Source of the DNA: Eledone cirrhosa
Lineage: Eukaryota
Length of the DNA: 64,000 nucleotides
Direction: 5' to 3'
NCBI GenBank assembly: GCA_964016885.1
Contig: OZ024757.1
Location: 8,370,001 to 8,434,000 of the forward strand
Part shown: positions 25,121 to 37,295 of the stretch, in pieces
Layout of the letters: every line of letters starts with the position of its first letter
Position numbering within the stretch: position 1 is the stretch's first letter
Program-made: the position numbers and the translations under genes
Notes under the pieces: model-generated
Databases searched by the model: none
What the model was told of the DNA's origin: nothing
The model's input: the letters and a program-made list of their open reading frames with translations, nothing else

Positions 25121-28100
25121 ATGTAATATTTAATACGGAAATAGCTTCCAAAGACTTAGAAACCAGTTATTCAAAGGAAATAGTAGAGTATACACAATAT
25201 TTAATACAGAAATGGCTTCTAAAGCACTAGAACTCTTTAATTTTAAGGAAATATTACAGTATATGCAATATATAATACAGAAATGGCTGTCAAAGGACTA
25301 GAACTAATATATTTGCACGAAATAGTAGTATATATGTAATGTCTTCTGAAGCACTAGAACTCTTTAATTTGAAGGATATTAATAGATTATATGCAATATT
25401 TAATACGTAAATAGATTCCACAGGGCGAGAACTCATTAATTCGAAGTAAATAATGCACATACACTACTATTTCCCTCAAATTTATGAGCTTTACTCCTTT
25501 AGAGGCAATTTCCTTATTACATGTGACATATAATCTACTATTTCCTTCGAATTGAAAAGTTCTAGTAATTTAGAGGCCATTTCTGTATTAAATATTGCAT
25601 AGACACTACTATTTCGTTCAAATTAATGAGTTGTAGCACTGTAAAGCTATTTATGAATTAAATATTGCATATAATCTATTAATACTCTTCAAATTAAAAA
25701 GTTTTAGTCCTGTAGAAGCCATTTCTGTATTAAATATTGCTTTCATACTACTATTTACAACAAATAAAAAAGTTCTTGTCCTCAAGAAGCCATTTCCATA
25801 TAAAATATGGCATATAATGTACTATTTCCTTTGAATTAAAATTTCTAGTCCTTTTCTAGACTTTTCTGAATTAAGTATTGCACATATACAAATATATTCG
25901 TTCTAGTCTCTTGACAGCCATTTCTGTATTAAATATGGCATATATAATACTATTTCCTTTGAATTGAAGAGTTCTAGTCTTTTAGAAGCCATTTCCGTAT
26001 TAAATATGGCATATATACTACTATTTCCTTTGAATTGTGGAGTTCTAGTCTTTTAGAAGCCATTTCTGTATTAAATATGGCATATAATCTACTAATATCC
26101 TTTGAATTAATGAGTTTTCGTCCTGTAGAAGCCATTTCTCTATTAAATATTGCATATAATGTACTATTTCCTTCAAATTAATGAGATTTAGCCCTTTAGA
26201 AACCATTTCTATATTAAATGTTGCATATAAAATACTATTTCCTTGAAGAGTTCTATTCCTTTAGAAGCCATTTCTGTATTAAATATTGCACATACACTAC
26301 TATTTCCCTCAAATTAATGAGCTTTAGTCCTTAAGAAGCCATTTCCGTATTGAGTATAGAATATAATCTACTAATACCCTTTAAATTAAAGCATTCTAGT
26401 CCTTTAGAAGACATTTCTGTATTAAATATGGCGTATACACTATTATTTCCTCAAATTATATTAATTTTACTCTTTTAGAAGCCATTTCTTATTAAATATA
26501 GCATATACTCTACTATTTCTTTCGAATTGAGGCATTGTAGTCATCTGAAGGCCATTTCTGCATTAAATGTAGCATATAATCTAATAATACCCTTCAAGTT
26601 AATGAGTTTCAGCCCTCTAAAAGCCATTTCTGTATTAAATATTGCATATACACTACAATTTTGTTCAAATTAATGAGTTGTAGCACTGTAGAAGCTATTT
26701 ATCTATTAAATATGGCATATAATCTACTAATACTCTTCAAATTAATGACTTTTAGACTTGTAGAAGCCGTTTCTGTATTAAATATTGCATACATACTACT
26801 ATTTACTACAAATTAAAGAGTTCTTATTCTTAAGAAGCCATTTCCATATTAAATATGGCATATAATGTACTATTTCCTTTGAATTAAAAGTTCTAGTCAT
26901 TTAGAAGCCATTTCTGCATTAAATATTGTGTATACTCTACTTTTTCCTTCAAATTTATGGGTTCTAGCTCTGTTGAAGTTGTTTCCCTATTAAATATTGC
27001 ATATACTGTACTATTTCCTTTGAATCGAAGAGTTCTATTCTTTAGAAGCAATTTCTGTATTGAATATTGCACATATATTATTATTTCCCTTGAATTAATG
27101 AGATTTAGTCCTTTAGAAGCCATTTCCATATTAAATATGGCATATAATCTACTAATACCCTTCAAATTAAAAAGTTCTACTGCTTTAGAAGCCATTTCTT
27201 TATTAAATATGGCATATATACTAGCATTTCCTACAATTATATTAGTTTTACTCCCTTAGAATTCATTCCTTTCTTAAATATTTCTGTATTAAATATGGCA
27301 TATAATCTACAAATATCCTTCAAGTTAATGATTTCTAGTCCTTTACAAGCCATTTCTATATTAAATATTGCATATAATGTACTATTTCCTTAGAATTAAT
27401 GAGCTTTTGCCCTTTAGAAGCCATTTCTATATTAAATGTTGCATATAATCTACTAATATCCTTCAAATCAATGAGTTTTAGTCCTGTAGAAGCCATTTCT
27501 TTATTACGTATGGCATATATACAACTATTTCCTTCGAATTAATGAGCTTTACTCCTTTAGAGACCATTTATTTATTACATGTGGCATATAATCTACTATT
27601 TCCTATAAATTGAAAGTTTCTAGTCTTTTAGAGGCAATTTCTGTATTAAATATAGCATATAATGTATTAATGCCCCTCATATTAATGAATTTCAGCCCTG
27701 TAGAAGTTATTTCTGTATTAAATATTGCATATACACTACTATTTCTTTCGAATTAATGAGTTCTAGCCCTGAGGAATCTATTTACATATTAAATATTGCA
27801 TAAAATCTATTAATATCCTTCAAATTAAAGAGTTCAAGTGCTTCAGAAGCAATTTCTGTATTAAATATTACATATATACTACTATTTACTACAAATATAT
27901 TAGTTCTAGTCCTTTGACAGTGATTTCTGCATTGAATATTGCATATACTGTACTATTTCCTTAAAATTAAAGAGTTATAGTGCTTTATAAGCCATTTCTG
28001 TATTAAATATGGCATATATATTACTAATAGCCTTTAAATTAAAGAGTTCTACTGCTTTAGAAGCCATTTATTTATTAAATATTGCATATACTCTACTATT

Positions 28101-28940
28101 TCCATCAAATTAAAGAGTCCTAGTAATTTAGAGGCCATTTCTGTATTAAATATTGCGTATACTCTACTATTTCCTTCGAAATACTGATTTCTAGCTCTGC
28201 AGAAGCTATTTCTGTATTAAATATTACATATATACTTCTATTTCCTCCAAATATATTAGTTGTCATCCTGTAGAAGACGTTTCTGTATTAAATATACGAT
28301 ATATACTACTATTTGATTCGAATTAAAGCGTTCTAGTCCTTTAGAAGCCATTTCTGTATTAAATATTGTATATACACTACTATTTCCATCGAATTAATGA
28401 GATCCCACCATTTAGAAGCCATCTCTGTATTAAATATGGCACATATACTACTAATAACCCTCATATTAATTAGTTTTAGTCCTGTAGAAGCTATTTCTGT
28501 ATTAAATATTGCATATACACTACTATTTCCATCGAATTAAAAAGCCATTTCTGTATTAAATATGTTATATAATCTACTAATACCGTCATATTAATGAGTT
28601 TTAGTCCTTTAGAAGGCATTTCTGTAGTAAATATTGCATATATACTACTATTTTATTCAATTTAAAGAGTACTAGTCCTTTAGAACCCATTTCTGTATTA
28701 AATATGGCATATACACTACTAATACCCCTTATATAAATGAGTTTTAGCTTTGTAGAAGACAGTTCTGTATTAAATATTGGATATACAGTATATTTCCATC
28801 GAATTAAAGAGATCTCTTCATTTAGAAGCAATTTGCGTATTAAATATGGCATATGTACTACTAATACCCCTCATATTAATAACTTTTAGTCTTGTAGAAG
28901 GCATCTCTGTATTAAATATTGGATATACATTACTATTTCC
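25121..28940. repeat. AT-rich ~71-72-bp satellite, array 1 (orientation flips at ~25450)
   Basis: Approximate unit GAAGCCATTTCTGTATTAAATATTGCATATACTACTATTTCCTTCGAATTAAAGAGTTCTAGTCCTTTA; GAAGCC falls at 25985, 26056 and 26128. Confidence 0.95.
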
Positions 28941-29139
28941 AGACATAGGGCCACCCAGGGTACAGCGAGACAGACAACCAGCTAGAGTATAGACATCAGA
29001 TTGGTACATTACTGAACTTTAAAGTATCACAGTTTTATACAGGGCTGGTGCTACCATGAAGGTCAACTAGGGTACATTACAGGACCTTAAGGACATACTT
29101 AGTTCCCCTGCAACAATATAATATACACATTACCTAGTC

Positions 29140-29992
29140 TGGTATTATGAAGGCCCTGAACAAGTATATTAAAGCTACACTTAATACATAGTGGTGTTAA
29201 GAAGGCTCAGAACAAGGATAATGTTGAAAGTTACTCTTAATACACAGTAATGTTAGGAAGGCCCAGAACAAGGATATCAAAATCTACACTTAGAACACAG
29301 TGGTATTAGAAAGGCCCTGAACAAGGATATAAAATGCTACACTTAGTACACAGTAATGGTAGGAAGGCCCTGAACAAGGATATCAACATCTATATTTACA
29401 ACACAGTGGTGTTAGGAAGGCCAAGAACAAGCATGTTAAAATCTACACTCAGTACACAGTAACGTTAGAAAGGCCCAAAATAAGTATATAAAATGCTACA
29501 CTTAGTACACAGTAATGTTAGAAAGGCCCTGAACAAGGATATAATATGCTACACTTAGTACACAGTAATGTTAGGAAGGCCCAGAACAAGGATATCCAAA
29601 TCTACACTTAGTACACAGTAATGTCAGGAAGACCCTGAACAAGGATATCCAAATCTACACTTAGTACACAGTAATGTTAGGAAGGCCCTTAACAAGGATA
29701 TCCAAATCTACACTTAGTACACAGTAATGTTAGGAAGGCCCTGAACAAGGATATCCAAATCTACACTTAGTACACAGTAATGTCAGGAAGGCCCTGAACA
29801 AGGATATCCAAATCTACACTCAGTAGACAGTAATGTTAGGAAGGCCCTGAACAAGGATATAATATGCTACACTCAGTACACAGTAATGTCAGGAAGGCCC
29901 TGAACAAGGACATAATATGCTACACTTAGTACACAGTAATGTCAGGAAGGCCCTGAACAAGGATATAATATGCTACACTTAGTACACAGTGT
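29140..29992. repeat. 53-bp minisatellite
   Basis: The unit GTAATGTTAGGAAGGCCCTGAACAAGGATATCCAAATCTACACTTAGTACACA starts at 29671 and again at 29724. Confidence 0.95.
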
Positions 29993-30524
29993 TGTAGCAG
30001 GCAGGTATGACTCCATAACTCATTATAAAACCTGGCAGAGTACATCACCTCTCCATGTCTGAATAAAACAGACAGAGAGTGAGAAAGAGATATAGAGGAA
30101 GAATTAACCCCTAGTATTTGACTGGTACTTTATTATCAACCCCGAATGGAAGAAAAGTAAAGTTGAACTCAGATTAAAGAACTGGAAAAAATACTACAAA
30201 GAATTCTATGTGATGTTCTAACAACTTTACCAGATTACCTCATGTATATATATTTGTCTCTAGAGATAAGAAACACTGAAGAAGTTTAGTATGAACCCCC
30301 TTAGAGTATCTCCTGAGCAGGATTGGACCCCAGACCAGAACCTCCACCATCTCTCGTATCTCCCACCAGACCACCCTGAAGGATATAAGAATCTACTGAA
30401 ATTTAATACTTATAAACCTACTTTCAAAATAGAAATAAAAATGATGTGGTGTTGGTCATGCCTTTCTTAATGTATTTGGTTTAAAAGGTAGTTGAACCTA
30501 AAATTTCAATGTTCAAATAATTAT

Positions 30525-31250
30525 TGAATAGATACTCGCCGTTCTCAACGACATATTGAGAAGAAGCCTGGACGCAGCTGGCTTCCCATCACAACTGGGG
30601 CCAACAGGTCCCGGAGATGGCAAGCGCCCCGACGGAATCACTCTCTTCCCATTCGAAGGACATTGGTCCCTCATCTGGGACACCACCAGGTACGACACAA
30701 TCTCCGCCTACAGCTTCGTTTCCAAGTCGTTTCGGTCACAAACCCCGGCATCGCAGCCCACTTTCCAGAAGAACGTAAAATAAACAAATACCGAGGACTG
30801 TCCGGCCCCTTCCTCTCTGCACCAGTCAACGTCGAGACCCCAGGAGTACTTGGACCCCGTACTGTCGAGCTCCTCCACAAGATCGGAGCGTCAGCGGCCC
30901 GTCTGAGGAGGGAACACCGCGAGGTTGGGTGGTTGTTGCATTGGGTATCTCTGGCCATCGTCCGAGAGAATACTTTTGCCGTCTTATCCGTGGGGCGCAA
31001 CATTTCTGCCCTCTTGCCCTAGACCCAAAGCTCAACCACCCTCCCCTATCTTCTACGACACTGGACCTCTTGCCATCCCCTCTCCTTCCCGTTCTGTTTC
31101 TTCTTTCTTTCTCTCTTCTATTTAATCAACTTTCCCCTCCCCCAAATTACTGGCCTTCCACCTTTACTAGAAACCATCATTATTATTGTTATTCTTACTG
31201 TAAATAATATCATGTTTATACAGTTTTGATAATAAATAAATTGTTCATTA
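30525..31250 (+). mobile_element. 3' fragment of a CRE-like non-LTR retrotransposon (restriction-like endonuclease domain + 3' UTR)
   Basis: Peptides KRPDGITL..F.....LIWDTT..DT, then after a frameshift AA...EERKINKYRGL....PVNVET.GVLGP...VSLAIVREN. This is the PD-(D/E)xK RLE pattern of CRE/R2-group elements. Confidence 0.8.
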
Positions 31251-31437
31251 CAAACTTGTTTATATAATTATTAATTCTCAAAACACACACATTCATACGT
31301 ATATATATATATGAAAATATTCAGGACCCCGACGGCTGAGCTGTGGCTGTTTCAACAACTATTTTGGGATTCAACAAGCTTAATTTTTTTTATAACTGAT
31401 ATAAAGCACTCAACAGTTTAGTGGAGTAAATACAAAA

Positions 31438-32335
31438 TCTATATATATAAAACTGTGGTTGTCTGTCTGTCTATCGATTTTTGGCACACATCTCCTCTTA
31501 GAATCTCTCACGGAATTGCACCGAAATTGCTATACTTGTACATTGAGCCCTAGCGAAGACATCGGAAAAAAAATATTTCAAATTGACCCACCCTATGTGA
31601 CGAAATCGAATATAATGTATCGATTTTTGAGCGTAAGTTATCAGTTATTTCCCTTTGTTCTGTTTACATTGAGCGTCTTACGTAAAAAATTACGCTGGCT
31701 TTAACAGTTGTCGAGCCAGCAAAATATTGACCTGCAAAATTCATCAGTTCGAACACTAAGCTTCCGTTTTGCTTCATTTCCATTTAAAAGCATTTTAAAA
31801 CAATATTTTTACTTGAAAACAAGTCTATTTAAAGACTACGTAAAACAAGCAAATATTTCGTCGTTAGGCGTGCAGACAGACAGTCGTGCAGAGAGGTGAT
31901 ATAGGCGTGCAGACAGACAGTCGTGCAGAGAGGTGATATAGGCGTGAAGACAGACAGTCGTGCAGAGAGGTGATATAGGCGTGCAGACAGACAGTCGTGC
32001 AGAGAGGTAATATAGGCGTGCAGACAGACATAACTGATAATTTGGTTACGCTAATGTTTTTCTCTGCGTTGCAGTGTTTACATTTTCGATCTTTGTTAAT
32101 AAATAACCAGTGCAGTTTCTATCCCCAGCATCCTCTTTTGTTATAACATTCGGGTTATCGTTATGTTTTCTTAACTTCATAAGGCATATTGTTGGTTGAG
32201 GGAATATTAATCAAAAACACCACATGCAAGTCTGCACAGTAGACACTACAGTTTTTAAGCCAAGAAAGAAACTTAACATTGTAACTTTAACACAGCTACT
32301 GAGCGACCCCGAGCAACGCCGGGCTTTACTGCTAG
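31438..32335 (+). mobile_element. Non-autonomous Helitron
   Basis: It starts 5' TCTATATATATAAAA...GTCTGTCTGTCT and ends with a CCCG-agcaacgc-CGGG hairpin followed by CTAG. It is inserted between A and T with no TSD. Confidence 0.85.
31865..32030. repeat. 37-bp tandem repeat (~4.5 copies) inside the Helitron
   Basis: TAGGCGTGCAGACAGACAGTCGTGCAGAGAGGTGATA is repeated in tandem. Confidence 0.95.
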
Positions 32336-32390
32336 TATATTAATAAATGGAAACTATATTTATAAAACCATATTTATTTTATTATACATA

Positions 32391-32737
32391 TGGAGGCACA
32401 TGGCTTAGTGGTTAGAGCATTGGCCTTGCAATCAAAAGGTTGTGAGTTCAATTATCAGACCGGGTGATGTGTTGTGCCCTTGAGCAAGACACTTTATTTC
32501 ACATTGCTCCAGTTTACTCAGCTGTAGAAATGAGATGATAGGGACTGGCGTCCACATCATTCCACTGCAAAGTGGTCGTGGAGGTGCCACTGCAAAAAAA
32601 GCACCCAGCTCACACAGTAAATGAGGTTGGTGTTAGGAAGGGCATCCAGCTGTAGAAATCAAGCCAGAATCAGTTCCCGTCCCACCCTTGCCAGCAGGGA
32701 AAAAGCAGACGTAAAATGAAATGATGATGATGATGAT
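32391..32737 (+). mobile_element. tRNA-derived SINE family A with RTE-derived 3' tail
   Basis: A box TGGCTTAGTGG, B box GAGTTCAATT and body CCTTGAGCAAGACACT. The tail GTGTTAGGAAGGGCATCCAGCTGTAGAAA...(GAT)n is shared with the RTE 3' UTRs. Confidence 0.88.
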
Positions 32738-33037
32738 ATGTATTTATCTTTTAATCTTAGGTTCAGCGCAGAAAGCAGTTTCCAACGATCACGATCAGCT
32801 TATGATGCCCAGTGGAAGCAGTTTAGTTTAATTATAACCTCAATGATCAAGATTAGTGGCGGCTTTTTCGAGTCTGTGGCAAGTGAGGTTGGCTGCCATA
32901 TATATATATGTATATATATATATACACAAACGTATATATATATATATATATATATATATAGGTAAGTTATTCCGGGTTGAATCGGAGGTAACCACAGTAA
33001 GTAAGGTACTCAATACATAGCAGAGTATAAAAGTTTT

Positions 33038-33143
33038 AGTATAGATGAGATTCTACAGGACTAGAACTGTTTCATTCTTGAGAAATTCCTTATGATTTCT
33101 AAAGAATGAAACAGTTCTAGTCCTGTAGAATCTCATCTATACT
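33038..33143. repeat. Hairpin with ~42-bp arms (paralog at 43257-43362), probably the inverted end of a Penelope-like element
   Basis: AGTATAGATGAGATTCTACAGGACTAGAACTGTTTCATTCTT is followed by its reverse complement. Confidence 0.8.
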
Positions 33144-33183
33144 ATATATATAATATAAGATCAAAAGATGTTTAAAAGAGTTC

Positions 33184-33268
33184 CATGTATTTTATTATGC
33201 GCATTTCAAAAACAAATATCATCATGCGATGACATTTGCGTTTTCGTCAGATAAAATAGGGAGACATG
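33184..33268 (-). ncRNA. Type I hammerhead ribozyme (family H1)
   Basis: It is the reverse complement of 33785-33869, with an intact core. Confidence 0.85.
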
Positions 33269-33784
33269 ATATGAAGGTTAAAAAACACTTGTGAATAGTG
33301 CAGTTTTAAATCAACATATGAAAAGTAGTTTTAGATTGATGTGTGATATTGGGAAAAAATTTTTGAGGGCGGGGGAAGGTTGGAAAGGATGAAAAAGAGA
33401 AGGAGATGAGAGTAAAAAGTGGAGGGGGAGGAGTATAATGAGGAATGATGAGATAGGAGGAGAGATGGGTGATAGAGAGAGAGAGATAGCTTTTATAACT
33501 GAGAAAAATATATTGTTTTACAGAGAGAGGTTGAAAAACGGTTTTTTAACCTCTCTATGTAAAACAATATATTTTTCTCAGTTATAAAAGCTATCTCTCC
33601 TCCTATCTCATCCTTCCTTATCATACTCCTCCCCTTCCATTCTTTACTCTCATCTCCTTCTCTTTTTCATCCTTTCCACCCACCCCCTCAATTTTTCCCC
33701 CCAATATCACACATCAATCTAAAACTAATTTTCATATGTTGATTTAAAACTGCACTATTCACAAGTGTTTTTTAACCTTCATAT

Positions 33785-33869
33785 CATGTCTCCCTATTTT
33801 ATCTGACGAAAACGCAAATGTCAACGCATGATGATATTTGTTTTTGAAATGCGCATAATAAAATACATG
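33785..33869 (+). ncRNA. Type I hammerhead ribozyme (family H1)
   Basis: Helix I is TATTTTAT(33795)/ATAAAATA(33858), extended by CATG/CATG across a TCTCCC bulge. Core CTGACGA at 33803, long helix II (CAAATGTCA/TGATATTTG), GAAA at 33846 and palindromic helix III ATGCGCAT. Cleavage is predicted after A33857. Confidence 0.87.
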
Positions 33870-33986
33870 GAACTCTTTTAACCATCTTTTGATCTTATAT
33901 TATTTATACTCCAGTCCTACAAACTGTAGAGTGCTACTTATCCGATATCTGCATTGCTTTATTGTACTACAATAAAACTCACCTCT

Positions 33987-34041
<55 letters not shown>

Positions 34042-34344
34042 TAGAATTCCAGAGAACAACAGAAAAATGCTGTGTTTAAAGTTTAGTAAACAGCAGAAAG
34101 AAGGACATAAATAAATAAATATATGTCAACATTTAAAATATGTTTATGTCCCCCTTTAATATAAAAAGAAATAGAACCTTGTAAAAGTGTTATTACTGTA
34201 ATATAAAGTAGAGATCCTTTAATTAAACAAAGCTAAGATGCAGCCATGGTCAAAACAAACGTATTATATAACTTTCAAATTGACCCCTATTATATTCAAA
34301 TTAACCCCAATGTGGCGTGCACCCCTCGTTGGGAATCCCTGATA

Positions 34345-34625
34345 TATAAATATATGTGAGTGTGTTACTATGACTGCTATTTCTAGCAGGTTTACTGCTG
34401 TCCTGTAGAGGCACAACACAAACCGGAAGTGGCAGCCATTAAAAAACTATGGCTTAAAATCAGTGAAAATATTTTAAACTAGAAAATTTAAACAAACCCG
34501 GGTGTTTTTGCCAAGAAAGGTAACTCTTGTCTTACTTAATCGCAAAAATCATGGCAAAAGTTTTGCGGGTGTGCAGTTGTTTTGGGCCTTGTTGTTGGTA
34601 TTTGACTGCTATTTCTAGCATTTTA
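34345..34625 (+). promoter_or_regulatory. Repeated promoter-like module with ETS motif (AACCGGAAGTG) abutting YY1-like GCAGCCATT; copies at 36240-36530(-), 43700-43980(+), 48630-48875(-)
   Basis: The motifs are seen directly; function is inferred only. The ETS site is mutated in the 48.8 kb copy. Confidence 0.35.
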
Positions 34626-34754
34626 TTATTTTAGTTGCTTATTCGACTAAGGTCATGCTGGGGCAACACTTCCAATATATTATCTTGTTAATACCGGCCC
34701 CAGTACATTAAAGGATTTCTACTTTATATTAGTTTTACAAGTCTCAGTTTGTGT

Positions 34755-34824
34755 TTATATTAAATGGGAACATAAATATATTTTAGATTGAGGAGGGGCA
34801 TGGTGCAGAAAAGTTTGGGAACCA

Positions 34825-34828
<4 letters not shown>
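34755..34828 (-). mobile_element. hAT-like MITE terminus (CAGTGGTTCCCAAAC); related ends at ~34341, 35999, 36550, 36982, 46510, 48888, 49328
   Basis: CAG(T/G)G(G/A/T)TTCCCAA(A)C termini of the hAT/Charlie type sit next to TA tracts. Confidence 0.6.
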
Positions 34829-34899
<71 letters not shown>

Positions 34900-34973
34900 C
34901 GAGAGAGAGAGAGGGGGAGAGAGAGCACCCAAACACACACACAAGTATATACACATGTGCGTGTCCTACCTTA

Positions 34974-35029
<56 letters not shown>

Positions 35030-35336
35030 CAATATCGGAGAAAGCTTTTTAGCGATACTCCGGCCAAATTCCAACTCACTCAACAAACATTAGGAAATAA
35101 GTGATTATATTCCCAATTATGCGTTCGGGGTGCTAACTAAAAGTATTGCGTGGAAAATTGGCTGTATTATTTCATATGAGACATATCTAATATATCTCTT
35201 CCCAGACGGACGTCTCGTTTCATTATAGGATTCCTACAATTTGGGTGAAATTATACCAATTATATATTATTATTAAATATATATATATATGTATACGATA
35301 TTAAACAAATGGAAACTATATTTATAAAACCATATT

Positions 35337-35402
35337 TATTTCATTATACATATTTCAGGGATACCATATTAAAAATATGGCATGCCATCTTCAGATAAAA
35401 TA
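35337..35402 (-). ncRNA. Type I hammerhead ribozyme (family H2)
   Basis: The minus strand reads TATTTTAT-CTGAAGA-[tggcATGCCATATT-ttt-AATATGGTATccct]-GAAA-TATGTA-TA-ATGAAATA. Helix I has one G-U pair. Confidence 0.78.
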
Positions 35403-36032
35403 CAATATATAAGCAGTTTTATAAATAAATTTGACGTACCATAAAATATTGAAACTTCCATTTAAAAAAGTTGGTTTGGTAGTGAAATGGTAGTTAGAAA
35501 AAAAAAAAAATGGTAGTTAGAAAAAGAAAAAAAAAAAAAAGACCGAGATATATATATATATATATAGTAATAATAATAAAGACCGATATATATATATATA
35601 TATATAGTAATAATAATAAATTTGAAGACTAAAATCCAAAGAAGGCTCCATAAGGATAAATATATATCAAATATATAAGAACCATAGAGCAAATATTTAT
35701 TAGAAAATAACAGATTAAAGTTTAAGCAAAGAATCAGAAGATCCCGTTAAGGGTGAAAGCAGCGATTCTTTGCTTAGACTTTAATGTTATTTTAATAATT
35801 ATATATATATATATAAACACATATGTATATATAACATCCAAACACACACGCACCTATATGTAATATAGGTGTGTGTGTGTGTGTATGGATACACGTACAC
35901 ACACACACGATTATATATATATCATGGAGATATGCCTCACAGGGAGCAATTTGTATACAATAGGGGCCAATTTAAAAAATAAAAGGTTGGGGACCACTGA
36001 AGACAACAAATCGTTCTTTTTATTTTATTACA

Positions 36033-36145
36033 ATTGAGTTCAAATCCCGCCGAGGTTAACTTTGCTTTTCATCCTTACGGGGTCGATAAAATAAAGTACC
36101 AGTAATGTACTGGGTTTTTGCTGGCCTTGTGTCAAAAGTAGGAAC

Positions 36146-36147
<2 letters not shown>
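36033..36147 (+). mobile_element. SINE family B, 5'-truncated (other fragments at ~30100-30175 minus and ~61715-61790 plus)
   Basis: GAGTTCAAATCCCGCCGAGG...CATCCTTACGGGGTCGATAAAATAAAGTACCAG. Confidence 0.8.
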
Positions 36148-36191
<44 letters not shown>

Positions 36192-36818
36192 ACATATATA
36201 TATATGTGTGTGTTTGTGTCCTTCTTTCTGCTTTTTTTCGCTGCTATTTCTAAAGTGTCCATACATGCTAGAAATAGCAGTCAAATACCAACAACCAGGA
36301 CCAAATCAACTGCAAACCCGAAAAATGTTTCTTACGATTTTTGCGATTAAGTAAGACAAGAGTTACCTTTCTTGGCAAAAGCACTCTGGTTTGTTTACAT
36401 TTAATTTTCTAGTTTAAAATATTTTCACTGATTTTAAGCCAAAGTTTTTTAATGGCTGCCACTTCCGGTTTGTATTGTGCCTCTACAGGACAGCAGTAAA
36501 CCTGCTAGAAATAGCAGTCATAGCAACATGCTCACATATATTTATATATCAGGGATTCCCAACGAGGGGTGCACGACCCACTGGGGTTAATTTGAATATA
36601 ATAGGGGCCAATTTTAAAGTTATATAATACGACCCAACTTCCAGTTACACTTCGTCTACACATGTTATCGTGTATCTGGCAGCACCTACGAGAAGTTTGT
36701 TTATATTTTGGAGTTTATTTTTATATTAAAGGGGAACATAAACATATTTTAGATTGAGGAAGGGCATGGTGCAGAAAGGACACACACGTATATATATATT
36801 TATGGATATGTGCATGTT

Positions 36819-36855
<37 letters not shown>

Positions 36856-36910
36856 ACACGCGCGCGCACACACACGCATATATATATATATTATATATCT
36901 ATATATATGT

Positions 36911-36958
<48 letters not shown>

Positions 36959-37295
36959 ACCATATATATATATATATATATCAGTTGTTCCCAAACTTTT
37001 CTGTTACATGCCCCTCCACAATCTAAAATATGTTTATGTTCCCCTTTAATATAAACATAAACTGAGTATTGTAAAACTAATATAAAGTAGAAATCCTTTA
37101 ATGTACTGTGGCCGAATATTAACAAAATAATATATTGGAAGTGTTGCCCCAGCATTGCCCTGGTCGATTGAGCAACTAAAGCAATAACAAAAAAAAATAA
37201 CTTTAAAATTATTTTAACCTCTGAAAATCCGAGGTGAAAATTGAACTCACGACCACAGATTATCTAAAAATCGAAAAAACTTTATATAAATATAA

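Larger units (their letters stand above)
33150..33990. mobile_element. Palindromic non-coding Penelope-like terminal-repeat element with two hammerheads, inserted in (TA)n
   Basis: Arms 33150-33540 and 33541-33903 are reverse complements, followed by an ~90-bp unique tail to 33990. The element is absent from the paralogous (TA)n at 43362-43376. Confidence 0.8.

Noticed and set aside
26893-27259. Short ORFs in the 71-bp satellite (also at 28.6, 39.1, 51.1, 55.3 and 57.2 kb)
   Set aside because: The unit length is usually not a multiple of three and stops are frequent, so these are chance ORFs.
32391-32465. tRNA gene
   Set aside because: A and B boxes are present but continue into a SINE body and RTE tail, with no proper acceptor stem.
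33051-33068. TTCTACAGGACTAGAACT match between the hairpin and the 71-bp satellite; GTGTTAGGAAGG match between the 53-bp repeat and the RTE tail
   Set aside because: The matches are too short to support common origin without a statistical test.
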